From Octopus vulgaris (taxonomy: Eukaryota): 64,000 bases of DNA. The notes under the pieces were generated by a model. That model had not been told where the DNA came from and searched no databases. It worked only from the letters and a program-made list of their open reading frames with translations. The position numbers and the translations under genes are program-made. The stretch is taken from the NCBI GenBank assembly GCA_951406725.2, contig OX597816.1:107880001-107944000 (forward strand), read 5' to 3'. Of the stretch, positions 13,031 through 27,518 are shown piece by piece; position 1 is the stretch's first letter; each line of letters begins with the position of its first letter.

Positions 13031-15320
13031 TTGTTCCAAACTGTTATTAAAACTGTCAAAATTTTCTGATAATATTACCGTGATTGGTAGATTTCTTGCA
13101 TAAGCAGAGTTTCTAAATTTATCTGAAGAAGAAATATTAACTTATAAATGCAAAGCGAAATATAGCTAATTGGTCTTCAGGTCGTTTTGTAGGTGTAGTC
13201 ACTCTTTTGCAAGCTTTCTGATGAGACTTCTGTTTCTTCTTTAGTTCATATGTATCTTGAATACATTAATTTCAGTTATTAATCGAAATTAATCTTACTA
13301 GTACAAGACGAACCTAAAACTTTATAGGTACAGCCCTTCATTCCTCCTTCATCATATGGACGAAAAGAAATGAAATTCAATGGTTTCGAAAATCTGATTT
13401 CAGTTTTTCTTCCAAATGAAATTTATTTCAATGAACATGGTAATATGCTTTTAATGAAAGCTAACAAATTGTGACACTACGATAATATATTATCTAGGCC
13501 ACCATGATTAGCACCTCAAGTGAATCAAAATATGTTCGACTTGTTATGGAACCAGTTATGCTTTAAAACATTCAGATATTTCCTCCTTTCTTATGCTCTG
13601 CAGCTGACTAACAACTATATAATATATGGGAAAACAGTAGACGCTAGCGATCATCTACGTCGACAAATAACGTACAAAAAGTGGAATGAATTTCATAATA
13701 TGAAGAAGAGATGTTTTTATTGCTAACTGTATGTTAGAAAAGTTCACTTCTTCCACATATCTGAAAAAATGAAATTACAAGCAAAACAGCAGGAAATTAT
13801 TTGTGTCGACCAAATATATTTTATGTTTAAATCATATATGCAACCTTTCTCTTGTAACTTCAAATGTTTAATTAAGGAAATGCTGAATAGTGTTTATGTT
13901 ATGAAAATTTCTAATGCACCGGTGATATTGCCCCTATTAGTTCGAATTGAATATTTTGAGCACTCAACAGCACCCATTAGACTCCGAACAGAACGTATTA
14001 GCTTATCTTGCTTTGAGAGGCTATTAAAAGACTCAAGTTCCTTGAGAGTTTAATTCAAAATATAAATCAAGACTTATAATTGTTATATAAAAGTACAGAA
14101 AATAAATTTTGAAATGATATGCTATAGAATATTCTCGTTATATTTAGGATTTTGCTTTGTCGGGGGTTGGGAATATAAATAAGATTAATATTTTATCATT
14201 CTACAGAAATCAGATAATATTACTTTTATGTTATCAACTTGTCGAAGATATGAAATAATTCCTGAAATAGATGAGTTATGATAGAATATTTCGTTGACAA
14301 TAACCTTTATAATTATGGTCAAGAGGGAAATCGATTTAAAAAAATACTATTCTTATCGATTAGAAATTATTTATAAGATCTTATATTGATTGACATCTCA
14401 CCATCTTTACATATATAAAGTTAGAAAAAGCTGGTTGCATTTGAATGAAAAATATGAGACTGCCAAAACAGTACTTGAAAATATGTTCAAAGAACGATGA
14501 GATTAAAGGAGGAAAAAAATTCTCAAGAAAACTTTATGATGAAATATTTACTGTACAAAAGTTGAAATTTCTTTGATGATAATGATGAATGAAGTGAAGT
14601 AGTAGAGAAGAGATATATAAGGGAGAAGCAACATACTTGTTTTGCAGTGTGTATGTATGTGTTTTTGGTGACGAAGAAAATAATAAAGATATTAGTTTGA
14701 TTTATTTCACGGATGTTTAGGTTGGAGAGTACCGTGAGGTCAGTGTGATATACTAACGATCTGCTTCTGTTCCTTGATCTGATGTTCATTTCGGTTTCCA
14801 TTCTTGGATAGAAATATTTTATCGATATCACTGTAATGGAGAAATAGGAATACTGTAATATAGATTATAGTCTTAGGAGAAAAGAATACATCATATTACA
14901 CACACACTACGCGCGCGCACACACTCTTACATACATACCAACGACACATACATGCATTTATATATATATATATATATATATCACTCTCAGTCTCACTCTT
15001 TCTCTCTGTATGCATGTGCATATATATATGTTTATGTATATACGTATATAAGTATCGTAGAGTTCATAAGAATTTATAAACTTTGAGAGAACATCAAATA
15101 ATTTTTTTCAAGAATAGTGGTTTTGAAGGAGAAAAGTTATAAAAAGAACTTTTGGATACGAAAAGTTGAAGACAACATTCAACTTTTTCTCTCCAAAGGG
15201 ATTTTAAAAGCCCGATATCTACACGGTGTTATTTATAGATTTTCTGCTTCGAAATCCACGGTTCCGAAAAGGAATAATATATATATATATAATATGTGTG
15301 TGTAGAGAGAGAGGGGGACG

Positions 15321-16258
15321 TCTTATAATAATTCTGATTGTCATTACTTCACTTAGCCCGTCGTTACGCTTTCACGTGATTAGAGAAAACGAAAACAGAA
15401 AAGAGGATAAGGCGATGAGTGGGGCAGAAAAAGAGAGAAAAAAAAGAGGGAGAGAGAAAAGATGAAGAGAGAGGCTTCCATGGCATGTGGTAAGGGAACG
15501 TAATGTTATTATGTGGTTAAAAATGTTAGTTGAAGGTAGTGATATAGAGAAGAGCTAGGAATATAATTTTAGCAGAAGGGTGATGTTCTGATGGTGAGAT
15601 TAAAAGCAGAGAGAAAGAGCGAGAGAGAGATAGAGACAGACAGACAGAGAAAGAAAGAGATATGATGGTAGGGGTGAAGGTGGTGGTGGTGGCGGTGGTG
15701 ATGTGAATGCATAGTAAAAAGTAATTGTTTTAAAAATTGAACTAAGCTTTTTATATCACCTGCAATTTGAAATGTGTATTGACTCTGGCTTATAAGTTAC
15801 TAACCTTGGCTTATAAGTTACTAACGATGTGGTTTAGAGAATATGCTATGTTGCATTAAATCTTTACCCCCGTGAAATTGTGACCCACTATATTTTACAT
15901 ATAAAATACTTTTTTTTACTATGAAATTTTTGTTTTCTAGATATGAAATTGTGACCATGTAAATTTTAAAATATAATTCTTTCTGTTTATGGGAAAAATA
16001 GAAAAATAAGAGTTAATATATATATATATTATAAGGGATATGTATTAAATCTATAAAATTGTGCACAGTGTATAAATTGTATATATAAAGTACATTAAGT
16101 ATTCCAATTTCTTTCACTTTTCAAATAGTTGCAAATGAACGACTAGCTTTCCATATAAACATAACACAGGTTACACTCTCAGTTTTTATGTATAAAATTT
16201 TCAGAAATAACCCAATAAGTTTACCATTAATTCCGTGAAATATTTACGGGTTCGCTAG
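15321..16258 (+). mobile_element. Probable non-autonomous Helitron-like repeat, copy 1
   Basis: About 550 bp colinear with 28689-29192; ends in hairpin CCGTGAAATATTTACGG (16233-16249) followed by CTAG-T (16255-16259). Confidence 0.6.
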
Positions 16259-16620
16259 TGAAGCATAAATTTAGTATTCTTTATTTTATCTGTTGCGGTT
16301 CTGTTTGATAAACGATATATTAAAAATACGATTTAAAAACGCTGTTTAAACGTACCAAACCCGTTATAAGACAAACAAGCAAGTATCTTATATAAAATCC
16401 CTGAGAGATACAAGACGACAAGTGAGATGTAGGCTTCGTCCATACAACAAGTGTATACAGTGGCATACGAGGTAAGTCGCCCAATGGAATGCGGAAGCAG
16501 AGGTCATGCAGTAAGTAGGTATAGAAGGTAGTGTGGGAGGGGTTTTTAATCACCGGCGACCAAACTACACATATAAAACATTCGAAAAGAAAACGAAATT
16601 ATCAATTTTTTATACACTAC

Positions 16621-16815
16621 AACGGTGAGCTGGAAGTATCGTTAGCACAACGGTCAAAATTCTTAATGCCATTTCTTTTAGCTATTTACGTTTCTAGTTC
16701 AAATCCTGCCGTTTATTCTTTCGGGTTCGATAAAATAAAGTATCAGTCGAGTACCTGGGTCGGTGAAATTGGCTTGTTTCCTTCACTCAAAATTGCTGAC
16801 CTTGTGCCAAGATTA
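16621..16815 (+). mobile_element. SINE family A
   Basis: GGTGAGCTGG head, AGTTCAAATCCTGCCG, TTCGGGTTCGATAAAATAAAGTATCAG, CCTTGTGCCAA tail. Confidence 0.75.
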
Positions 16816-17069
16816 AGATGAATCAATTTTATTTTTTTAATACATTAGATCTATTTTCGCTTAACATTCCTGAATTTTTCTATAATCATAGAATCGCTCA
16901 ATATATTATGTTGTATTGAAATTGCCGGAAATACAAAATATAGCCTCAGAAATAGGCTTCTGTTGAAGGTGAAATTTTGGCTATGTATCCAATACTGTCA
17001 TTTAAACACCCACTTATAATGTTTATATGCATACATTACTTTCGAGAATCTATATATTATTCTATTTTT

Positions 17070-17299
17070 TCTTTTATCTTGTACTTGCTTCAGCCATTTG
17101 ATCGCGGCTATGCTGGAGTGCCGCCTTCAAGTGTTTTAGTTGAAGAAATTGACCAGAGGACTAATTTCTTTTAAAGCTTAGTACTTAATCTATCGGATCT
17201 TTTGCCGAACTGCTAAGTTACGGCAACTTAAACACACGAACACCGGTTGTCAAGCGGTGATGGTGAGACAAACACAGACACAAGGACACACACACACAT

Positions 17300-17330
<31 letters not shown>

Positions 17331-17495
17331 ACGACTGTCTTCTTACAGTATCCGCTAACCAAATCCACTCACAAGGCTTTGGTCAGCCCGTGGCTATAGT
17401 AGTAGACACGTGCCCAACGTGCCATGCGGTGCGACTGAGCCCAGAACGGCGTGGTTGCGCAGCAAATTTCTTACTACACAGCCCCCACCTCACTG
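17070..17495 (-). mobile_element. tRNA-headed CORE-like SINE with internal microsatellite (family B), near full length
   Basis: Head at about 17490; CAAATCCACTCACAAGGCTTTGGTC body; internal (CA)/(TA) run; tail GGCTATGCTGGAGTGCCGCCTTCAAG; homologous to 19107, 30730, 57125 and 58605. Confidence 0.85.
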
Positions 17496-18986
17496 CGTCT
17501 ATATATAGTTTGTAGATAAATTTTATGATAGGAGTATTGTTTATTATAATCTCCATTCAAGTTATTACTTATCAAATATATAATCTCATAAATACTGATA
17601 TTGTAATTTCTTAAAACGGGGGAAGTTTACTTAATTCTCTATAAAGATGTATAATATGTCATCAATTACAGTAGAATTTTGTGTTTAATAAACTCATATA
17701 TCAGAATAACTAAGTTATTTGTATAATAATTTACGAACTATTAATGAATATAAAGAAAATGATTTTGTGTGAGGTCATATTAATTAACTATTAATTCATT
17801 ATTATTACATTTTTCATACACTTTTCATCGACGTATGGAGCAAAACACTTACATATAGATTCATGCACACGTTGATAAACAACACACCCAGGTACACACG
17901 AACTTACGCACACATACACACAAGATCACATAGTGTATGTGTGTGTGTTTGTTGTGTGTGTGTGTGTGTGTGTGTGTGCGTGAAACAAAGTGAGGGAAAG
18001 AAAGAAAAGGTGGGACTCCGAGAGAGAAATCGACAGAAACTGCGTATGAAATACAGAGTGAGTGGAAAAATGAGCCGAAGTTATAATTGAATACAGTATA
18101 TTATATATATATTTTTTATCTACAGTAAAGTATCATATATTTATAAATAGTATAGTATGCATGAATATTACTTGAAACAGTTACGAAGTACACATCAACG
18201 TTGCGTTTTCTGATCAGTGTTGGATTAACTGAAAGCCAATGCATGTCATTTAAAATTAAATTACTGAAAAAACAACTTTCATTAAAATCTCTATAACGTG
18301 ACAAACGACTCATTGCGTCCTTTGTCATTTAAACTACCGCATGTTGTTTTTTCTTTTCAAGTGACATGCGTCACTTTTTTTATTGCGCCAAAACGGATCA
18401 GAGGTTTCAACATTGATGTTGTGACATTTAGTAACTGCTTCTTTTTTTTATATACGTATTTCTTTTAAAACATGCGTGTCATTACAAAGCCTTCTTCTTG
18501 CACATGCCAGGGAAAATATGCATCATTGTCGTAACTCATAACTACCTAGGCGATTTACCTTTATGGCAGAATAAAACGTTTTAGCAACAATATTGGAATG
18601 AAAAGGCTCGAGTACTGTACAATAAAACTTTTTTTGGAAAAAATATTTTATATACACTATCGGTACCCGTGAAAATACCACGGCCCATTTTGTGGTATAG
18701 TATCAGCCGTAAACATCTTGCCTCTCGGTAATAATATCCTTCCATTTCTTTTGTAATCAGTTGATTAATTTCTAAAAATCTTATCTATAATGTCCAGTCA
18801 CGTCTTCTCTCCTAGCCTGTTTTACTCTTTCTGGTTTCTTAGAGGATGGCAGCGGCATTGGGGAAATCACTGGTCGCTTAGCGTCTGAAAGCACGTATCC
18901 ACGTCAACTACAACTCATAAAATAAAATTGGCCAAGATCATACTTTCTCTACGTACAGGAATGCGCGCGCGCATGCACACAAACAC

Positions 18987-19060
<74 letters not shown>

Positions 19061-19106
19061 GCACACACACACTCGGACGGAGACGGAAAGGAAGTGGTTT
19101 CATCGA

Positions 19107-19432
19107 TCTATCTTTTACGTGTTTTAGTCCCTGGTCTAGCGAATCGACCCCAGTATTTAGCTTCTTAAAGCCTAGTAGTTATTCTATTTCTTTTGCCCAA
19201 CCGCTATCTTACGGGGGACTTAAACAAACCAACACCGGTTGTCAATCGGTTGCATGAATCAAAGACACTCACACACACATACGCAAACACACACTACGGG
19301 CTTCTTCCGCTTTCGTCTACCAAACCTACTCACAAGGCTTTGGTCGGACCTTGCCCAGAGTGTCACGCAGTAAGACAGAACCCGTAACGATGTGGCTCAG
19401 AAACAACCTCCTTACTACACAGTCATGCCTGT
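19107..19432 (-). mobile_element. SINE family B, deleted copy
   Basis: Colinear with 17070-17495. Confidence 0.8.
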
Positions 19433-20005
19433 TTGAATATTTTAGCCCATGCTAGGAAGAGACTCATTAATGGCAGTATTGATTATTTCTAATAAAATAA
19501 TATTCACATAAGCAAATAGGAAAGAACTTGGTTAACTTTATCAACCAGGGATACAATGCATAACTGCAAAAGAAGGCACCCTATGTGTTTCAGTGAACTA
19601 AGCCTCAGTTAGATCTCACCTTTACATCATCAAAAAGGACAATATAATTTGGATAATGCAGTACTGGATGAGGTAATAAATCTGGAAAAAGGATCAACTA
19701 ATGAGGTGTTATATATTATACTTCATGCATCATAAGTACGCAATGCTGAAGGCTGTGCACTTGAATGGTCACAGTTCAATGGCTGAAAAATGCACAAGAA
19801 TAGATCAATCTGTCTATCTATATACACAGAAGTGCATATATCTATGTGTGTGAATGTGTGTGTCTGTGTATGTATTTGTACAACTCTCTTTGTTATACCC
19901 TCTCTCTACGTAATATAATGTATAATGTGTATATATAAACATTACACAATATGACGCAGAGAGAGGGTATAACAAAGAGAGTTATATACACCCCCACACA
20001 TATAC

Positions 20006-20036
<31 letters not shown>

Positions 20037-20899
20037 TGTATGTATGTATGTATGTATGTATGTATGTATGTATGTATGTATGTATGTATGTGTGTATGTA
20101 CACACGCGCACGCACGCGTATATACATATTATTCATCGAGAATGGAGGCGAAACCATTCCTCCATGTGATCAGCTTGAAAAATATTTAAGATATTAAGAT
20201 ATTTTTCTTAACATGAAACCAATGGTAAATTTTATATACACAAATAAAGATATTCTATCCACGAATTCGGTGTTGAGCACTCTTTCGCATCGTTCGACAT
20301 TTGCTTGTATACATACATACATAGATACAGACACACACACACATATATATATATGGAAGAATGTTCGAAATTATGAATTACGTATCTTAGTTCAAGTTAA
20401 AATACACTTTCTACTTTACCAAATATAGATAGCGAAAATCAGTTATTAAACTCTTCTAGATACATTATCTTCACACATTATTAAAATACGAACGCACCTA
20501 TTGTTCCACTGGTTTTTTGAGTTTATGTCGCATATATTTGTACATGAACACACGCAGTATATGCATATATTTTTTACACATATAGGAAGTTATATATGCA
20601 CACGTATACGTGTATATGGCTGCATTTACATATGCGAGCTGAAGTTGGAAATTGATGAGGAATCATTGCGCATTAGTGTATGTATGTGAGCATGTGATTC
20701 TGTGCATTTCTATGTGTGTCTGTATGTGTGCGTGTGTGTGTGCGCGCGCACGTGTGAACGTATGGGTGCATATGTTTCTGGTGACGCATTGATTATTTAG
20801 TGTCAACCATGAAGTATTTGCAAACATAAACTATTACAACGATGTACATCAATTTTGTACATCCCACTACCTATATGTCTCTTTGTCTGTCTTTCTTTC

Positions 20900-20940
20900 T
20901 GTCTCCCTTAATATATATACATACATACATACATATATAA

Positions 20941-21017
<77 letters not shown>

Positions 21018-21199
21018 CATATATGTATATATATATATGTATATATATATACATATATATACACACACACACACACACATATATATACATACACACATAT
21101 ACATATATACACACATATGTATATACACACACACATATATACATGTGTGTCTGTGTATGTGTGAATATATTTATATGTATATATATATATTTGTATGTG

Positions 21200-21230
<31 letters not shown>

Positions 21231-21250
21231 AATTGTAATATATATATATA
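20900..21250. repeat. Compound (TA)/(CA)/(TACA) microsatellite
   Basis: Direct inspection. Confidence 0.95.
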
Positions 21251-22051
21251 TGCATTTTTTAAATCTTCATACACAAGCAAAATTCGAGTGAGAATTAATA
21301 TTTCAGTTAGAATTGTGGAAATTACTTATTTTGAAAATTCATTACTTTGCTTGATGTTTTGTCAAAGTTTGTTGATATTGTTACTTATAAATAGTATTAG
21401 ACTTATATATCACCTGAAGATAATTCATGTTCATTATTATGTTTTTAATAATTCAATATTATCAGAAGGAAATTATAATAGCATGAAAAGTGTACGTGTG
21501 TAGGTATGCATGAATTCTAGTATCATCTACGTATGTATGTATGTATGTATGTATGTATGTATGTATGTATGTATGTATGTATGTATGTATGTATGTATGT
21601 ATGTATGTATGTATGTATGTATGTATATATGTATCTATCTATCTATCGATCTATATAACTAGCTAGTTAGCTAGCTACCTCTCTTTCTTTCTCCCTCCCT
21701 TTCTCTCTTTCTCTCTCTCTCTCTCTCCATATATATATACACAAAACTATCTGTAAGAATAGATGATGTTAAAAATAATAATGATAAAAAGGACGAAAAC
21801 GATGACAGTGATGATGATGATGATGATGATGACGATGACGACGATGATGATAATGACGTCGTCGAAGACGAAGACGATGATGATGAGGACAATGATAGGA
21901 AGAAGCTGGATAGAAAATAAAAGTGCACCTTGATAATAAGTCTACTAGGCCTAAAGACTATGATATACACATTGATAAGGATAATGATGATAACATGTGT
22001 GTCTGTGTATGTGTGAATATATTTATATGTATATATATATATTTGTATGTG

Positions 22052-22082
<31 letters not shown>

Positions 22083-22533
22083 GAATTGTAATATATATAT
22101 ATATGCATTTTTTTAAATCTTCATACACAGGCAAAATTCGAGTGAGAATTAATATTTCAGTTAGAATTGTGGAAATTACTTATTTTGAAAATTCATTACT
22201 TTGCTTGATGTTTTGTCAAAGTTTGTTGATATTGTTACTTATAAATAGTATTAGACTTATATATCACCTGAAGATAATTCATGTTCATTATTATGTTTTT
22301 AATAATTCAATATTATCAGAAGGAAATTATAATAGCATGAAAAGTGTACGTGTGTAGGTATGCATGAATTCTAGTATCATCTATGTATGTATGTATGTAT
22401 GTATGTATGTATGTATGTATGTATGTATGTATGTATGTATGTATGTATGTATGTATGTATATATGTATCTATCTATCTATCGATCTATATAACTAGCTAG
22501 TTAGCTAGCTACCTCTCTTTCTTTCTCCCTCCC

Positions 22534-22577
<44 letters not shown>

Positions 22578-22832
22578 TATATATACACAAAACTATCTGT
22601 AAGAATAGATGATGTTAAAAATAATAATGATAAAAAGGACGAAAACGATGACAGTGATGATGATGATGATGATGACGACGACGACGATGATGATAATGAC
22701 GTCGTCGAAGACGAAGACGATGATGATGAGGACAATGATAGGAAGAAGCTGGAGAAAATAAAAGTGCACCTTGATAATAAGTCTACTAGGCCTAAAGACT
22801 ATGATATACACATTGATAAGGATAATGATGAT
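21141..22832. repeat. Near-identical tandem duplication of about 850 bp (21141-21992 and 21993-22832)
   Basis: Both units start ACATGTGTGTCTGTGTATGTGTGAATAT and end GATAAGGATAATGATGAT; ORFs 21195..21503 and 22103..22357 share peptide text. Confidence 0.95.
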
Positions 22833-23353
22833 TATGAAATACCGATGACGATGAAGAAAGGCAGGAGCTTGCTATGTTTGAAAGAAAGAGCAACGAGATG
22901 AAAATGGAGACGCTGCTCCTGACTACTATGGTGAATGGAGTGATAATGATTTGAAGAATATAGATGAATATGAGCAATTAAAATGGGACTGATGATAATG
23001 ATGACAATGGCGACTCGTAGGAAGAAGAATAGTTGTAGGAAATTTTAATAAATGAGTAGATGGTGATAACATTGATTATTATAATTATTAGTTTTGAAAA
23101 CAAAATAATTTGTCAGTCATAAATATCTGGAAGCCCAATTTTCAACGAATTATTTTGTTTAGCGATTCGTGTTTATTTGTTTTATATTAATACTTTAGTC
23201 ATAATTAAATGTAAACTTATGTTTTTTATAAATTGTTTTTGTATAGTTTGAAAATCTCAATTGTCATGTTAAAATTATTAAAATATAATAACCTGCAATA
23301 AATGATTTGAAACGTTGAATTAGAAACATTGGCACTTCCCTTTGTATTATATA

Positions 23354-23653
23354 CTAGCAGTATCGCCCTGCGTTGCTCGGGTTTGTAAGGGAAATAACTA
23401 TATAAGCATTTTTAGAGAGTTACTTCCCTTATATAAACCGAGCGAAAATGCATTAAAAATGCGGAAAAATTATGGTGAATTTTTTTTTGAATCGTAGACT
23501 CATCGTAGACGCGCGCTAATACCCAGAAGAGCTCGATATGAATCACGACTATAAGATACCCGCTTTTGGTTTAACTGCACCGCAAAATGTGGGAGTAGTT
23601 AGGAATCTAAATCGTAGGAGACAGACACACAACTTCACTTTTATATATAAAGA
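23354..23653 (-). mobile_element. Complete 300-bp non-autonomous Helitron
   Basis: Minus strand begins A|TCTTTATATATAAAAG and ends CCCGAGCAACGCAGGGCGATACTGCTAG|T: 5' TC, GC-rich subterminal hairpin, 3' CTAG, inserted between A and T with no TSD. Confidence 0.88.
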
Positions 23654-24540
23654 TTATCTATTAATTTCAAACGATTTCGATATCAGTTGTGAGAGAAATC
23701 TGCTTGTGTGGAAAGGCCGTACCATCAACTGTTGGATATCAAGAGAGAATTTCTTGTTTTCGTGACGTATCCTTATGTCGTTATGAGTTCGATGTCAGCT
23801 CTGAAAATAAATTGTTCGACTGAAGAATCTACGTGGTTATCATTTCGATATAAATGGCAGGAATAAATTTCTTGCGTGAAGTGGCGATGGCCTTATACTT
23901 ATTTAAACGGTGGGAATTGATTGCTTGAGTGAAGATTCTTCAAATAGCAATGTGATTATGGTTTTGATATAAACTGCAAGAATCGTGTTGAAGTAGCCAC
24001 TTCACAATGAAGTTGATATAAACGGCGAGATACTTTCACTAGAGTGACGTAGTTATATGTTACATAATAAAACGTAAACAGGGTGAATAATTTGCTGAAA
24101 TAGCTAAGTGATAAGATTTTAATATCAACGGTTTGCTTGAGTAAAGTCTCCCTTTTGTTAGATTTCCATATAAAGAGCGAGCAATGTTTGCTTGAGTGAA
24201 GTAGCAACATCAGCTATATCATTAGGAGCATCTTATTATTATTTATGAACACCGACGAAAAAGAAAAACGAAAAGGAAATGTTTCTCTTAAGGTGTGAAT
24301 AATTCACTTGGCAACGATAATAATATTATATTGTTACTAATATCAGTCATGTTCGATTTTCTCATGGAACGTATTCGTATATAAGATTTCACCACGTATG
24401 CTAATAACTTCAACGAAAGGAAATGTTTCCGTTACGGAGTATGCCATTATATACGGAAAAATGTTTCCATATATGTAGACATTAATACGTACGAACGTTA
24501 AGACAATCATGTAATGTACAAATACGCACACACACACGCA

Positions 24541-24580
<40 letters not shown>

Positions 24581-24604
24581 TACGCAAGCACACACACACA
24601 CACA

Positions 24605-24714
24605 GACGTGGCCATTTCATGTCGAAAGTACCGGTTCTTGTCCAAAGTTATGCAACGTTGAAACTAATTAGTACTGAGATGGGTCACTGTTTAGGAAACT
24701 ACGGTGCAGTGAAT
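24605..24714 (+). pseudogene. 5S rRNA-derived sequence (degenerate; probable SINE3 head)
   Basis: GGCCATTTCATGTCGAAAGTACCGGTTCTTGTCC-AAGTTATGCAACGTTGA...TTAGTACTGAGATGGGTCACTG...GGTGCAGT is colinear with metazoan 5S rRNA, with a short deletion and many substitutions. Confidence 0.85.
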
Positions 24715-24782
24715 ACCAGATTTATTCAAGGCGATACCCCAGCATGGTCACAGTCTAAGTAAAAAAAATTAAAAATACATAT

Positions 24783-24827
<45 letters not shown>

Positions 24828-25289
24828 ATACATGCGTGTTGATATAAGTTTGTGTGTGTATGCATGTTCGTATGTACATTCATTTATTTGGTGCTGACAC
24901 TAGTTTCCCGTTTCTGTTTCCGCATTTTAGTTTTTCTCTGAGATGGTCTGAAGCTAAATAACCTAAGAAAGCTCAGATGGATTAACTGCAAACATTTTAA
25001 TGCAATTTATATTAGTCACTTCGCTATTTTTGGCATTATTAGAATAGCATGCACTATGAACACCAAGTGACTGAATAATTATATTGAGCGTATAAATCGT
25101 ACATTTAATATAGAAGAAATATTCTTTTATCTATTTTGAGCGAAGGGATTTGTCGTATGATTTGTGATGTAATCCGTAGCTATATCCTCCATCTTTCCTG
25201 ATGTCTTTAAAATCTAATATCGTTGCCAAATATGGACACTTGAGTACAAATTGGGATATTTGTACAGCCTATTATTTCAAACCAAACAT

Positions 25290-25425
25290 TTCACCGGTTT
25301 CTATTTTATCGACACCAAAAAGAAGAAAAAAAAGTCGACTTTAGTGGGATTTGAACTTTGAACTTAAAACTACACAACTAAATGCCACAAGGCATTTTGA
25401 CCGTCTCTCTACGGACTCTGGCAAC
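25290..25425 (-). mobile_element. Degenerate SINE family A
   Basis: TATTTTATCGAC...AAAGTCGACTTTAGTGGGATTTGAACT. Confidence 0.6.
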
Positions 25426-25901
25426 CTAGATGTCTAATATCGACAACAATTGCGCTAAATTACGCGATTCCATACTGCTTGTTAAGCGTTCTTACTATCA
25501 ATTGCAACATCTAGATTGTTGTTGCTATTGAATACTAACAAACCTAAATCTCATCCTCTCTGTATCCATCTAATCCTGTTTGAAGTACATTAAATACTAT
25601 AATAAAGTAATACTCTATACTGATTCTGATTTTCGGACTGTTGAAGATATCTTTTCTTATGTTTCCTTCTGACAAAAGTTTCTCTCTTCCTTTACTTCTT
25701 TCCGTCTTCAATGTCTTCTTTCATTTTTCTTCTCTTCTTTTCCCCTGCTAAATTTTTGTGGTCAATATTGCTAGTTATTTTTATATTTCTTCCTTTCTTC
25801 GCTTTTCTCTACATTTGTTTGTTTCTTTCTGTCCTTCCTTCCCTTTTTCTTTCTTTCTTTGTTTCCTTTCTTTCTTTCTTTCTTTCTTTCCTTGTTTCTT
25901 T

Positions 25902-25935
<34 letters not shown>

Positions 25936-27402
25936 TATACATATATTGTGTATATATGTATCAACCTAACTTTTCATTCTCTTTTGTCTACGTATATATC
26001 TTTCATTCTTTCCTATTTCATTCTAACGTTCCATATTCAGTTTTGTTTCCCTTTCACGATATCTCTCTCACTCACTCACTCTTAAAATTCTTTTCATGTA
26101 TTTCATCACTCATATTTGCACTTCTTTTCCTCTATCGTCTTTCTTTTATACATTTTTACCTTCTCTCTTTTTAATCATCATTCGCTTTTTCCATTCCTTG
26201 TTTAATAATTTCTTCCTTCCCTTAAGCAAGTCCCCATTCACACTCACCGCGTCAATCTTTAAAACATTTCCTATCGTTGACCAGGATTTCAATAGTATGG
26301 GTAGAGTTGCCATATTAATTAAAATTCTCCTTCAACTTTCATCTCTTCAGATAGAAACTAAACTACATGTGCACATTTAATGGCATCCATACTGCTTGCA
26401 TCTCATAAACAAGACAAAATAAAATAAATATAGTAAAACATGGTAATAAAGGATACAAACGCATGTTGTAAGTCCTGAATAACATTAAGTCACGAAAGTT
26501 TGTGGTAATGAACTTGCGGTTGCTTTTTCTTGAGGTAGAGACAGTTTTGGCGATATTTGTGGTGACATGTGCAGAAATTATAATCATAGTATTTGTAGTG
26601 CTGTGATATTTTTTTATTCCTGTAAACGGTGGTATGAGTGATGCAGATATTATTGGTTATGTTTTAGAGACTATCGTATATGAGTGACGATAATATTATG
26701 GCTATGATACTGAGTTGAAATGACATGTTTTTAGGATTAAAATGTTGATAGTCACAAAGGTGGTAATTCTAGTCTTCTTTGAAGAATCTTTGCACATTAA
26801 AATATTGAAATTAGTTTTTATTTCCATTAAATGATAACGATTTTCCAGTTTCGACTTTAACTGTCGTTGTATAGTGTCAGGTCAGTTCTGATTTTGAGCA
26901 GAACTAAGGTTAAAGGTATACTAACTATGGCCACCTTGACTACTTTTAGATGCAGGGTGTCTCGACTGCATAATTCAAGTTTTCCCTTTTATGAAGACGG
27001 TTGGATGCAACATGAAGGGTAGAGGTTTTTTTATTTTTTGTTATAGCTATTAATGATTTTGTATTAGTTTTAGTTCCTAATTCATGGTGATAGCAGTAGT
27101 CAATGGAGATAAAATTTAAACTGAATATTCTGCAGTCCTAATGTGAAAGTGATCTGTAGTGATTTCTCATTGCCGAAATGACGAATAAAAAACTGGACAG
27201 CGCAGACTTCTAAAAAAAAAAACTGTTATAAATAAATGCGTGCGTATTATATATATATGTAAAATTAGAAATATTGCATTTCTGAATCTCTCGGAGAGAC
27301 TTGTGTCACGTAGCCAACTGGAAACGGTGTGTCCTGGGGCTAAATAGCAGTAGCATTCTTCCCTTTCCTGGGGCTGCCACATTAAATTGGCAACAAACCA
27401 TC

Positions 27403-27409
<7 letters not shown>

Positions 27410-27471
<62 letters not shown>

Positions 27472-27485
27472 ATATATATATATAT

Positions 27486-27518
<33 letters not shown>

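Noticed and set aside
21671-22108. Poly-Ser ORF
   Set aside because: (GAT/GAC)n trinucleotide repeat inside the tandem duplication
24605-24714. Functional 5S rRNA gene
   Set aside because: Internal deletion, many substitutions, no T-run terminator, fused to a SINE tail
25700-26250. Phe/Leu/Ser-rich membrane-protein-like ORFs
   Set aside because: Low-complexity (CTTT)n pyrimidine tract
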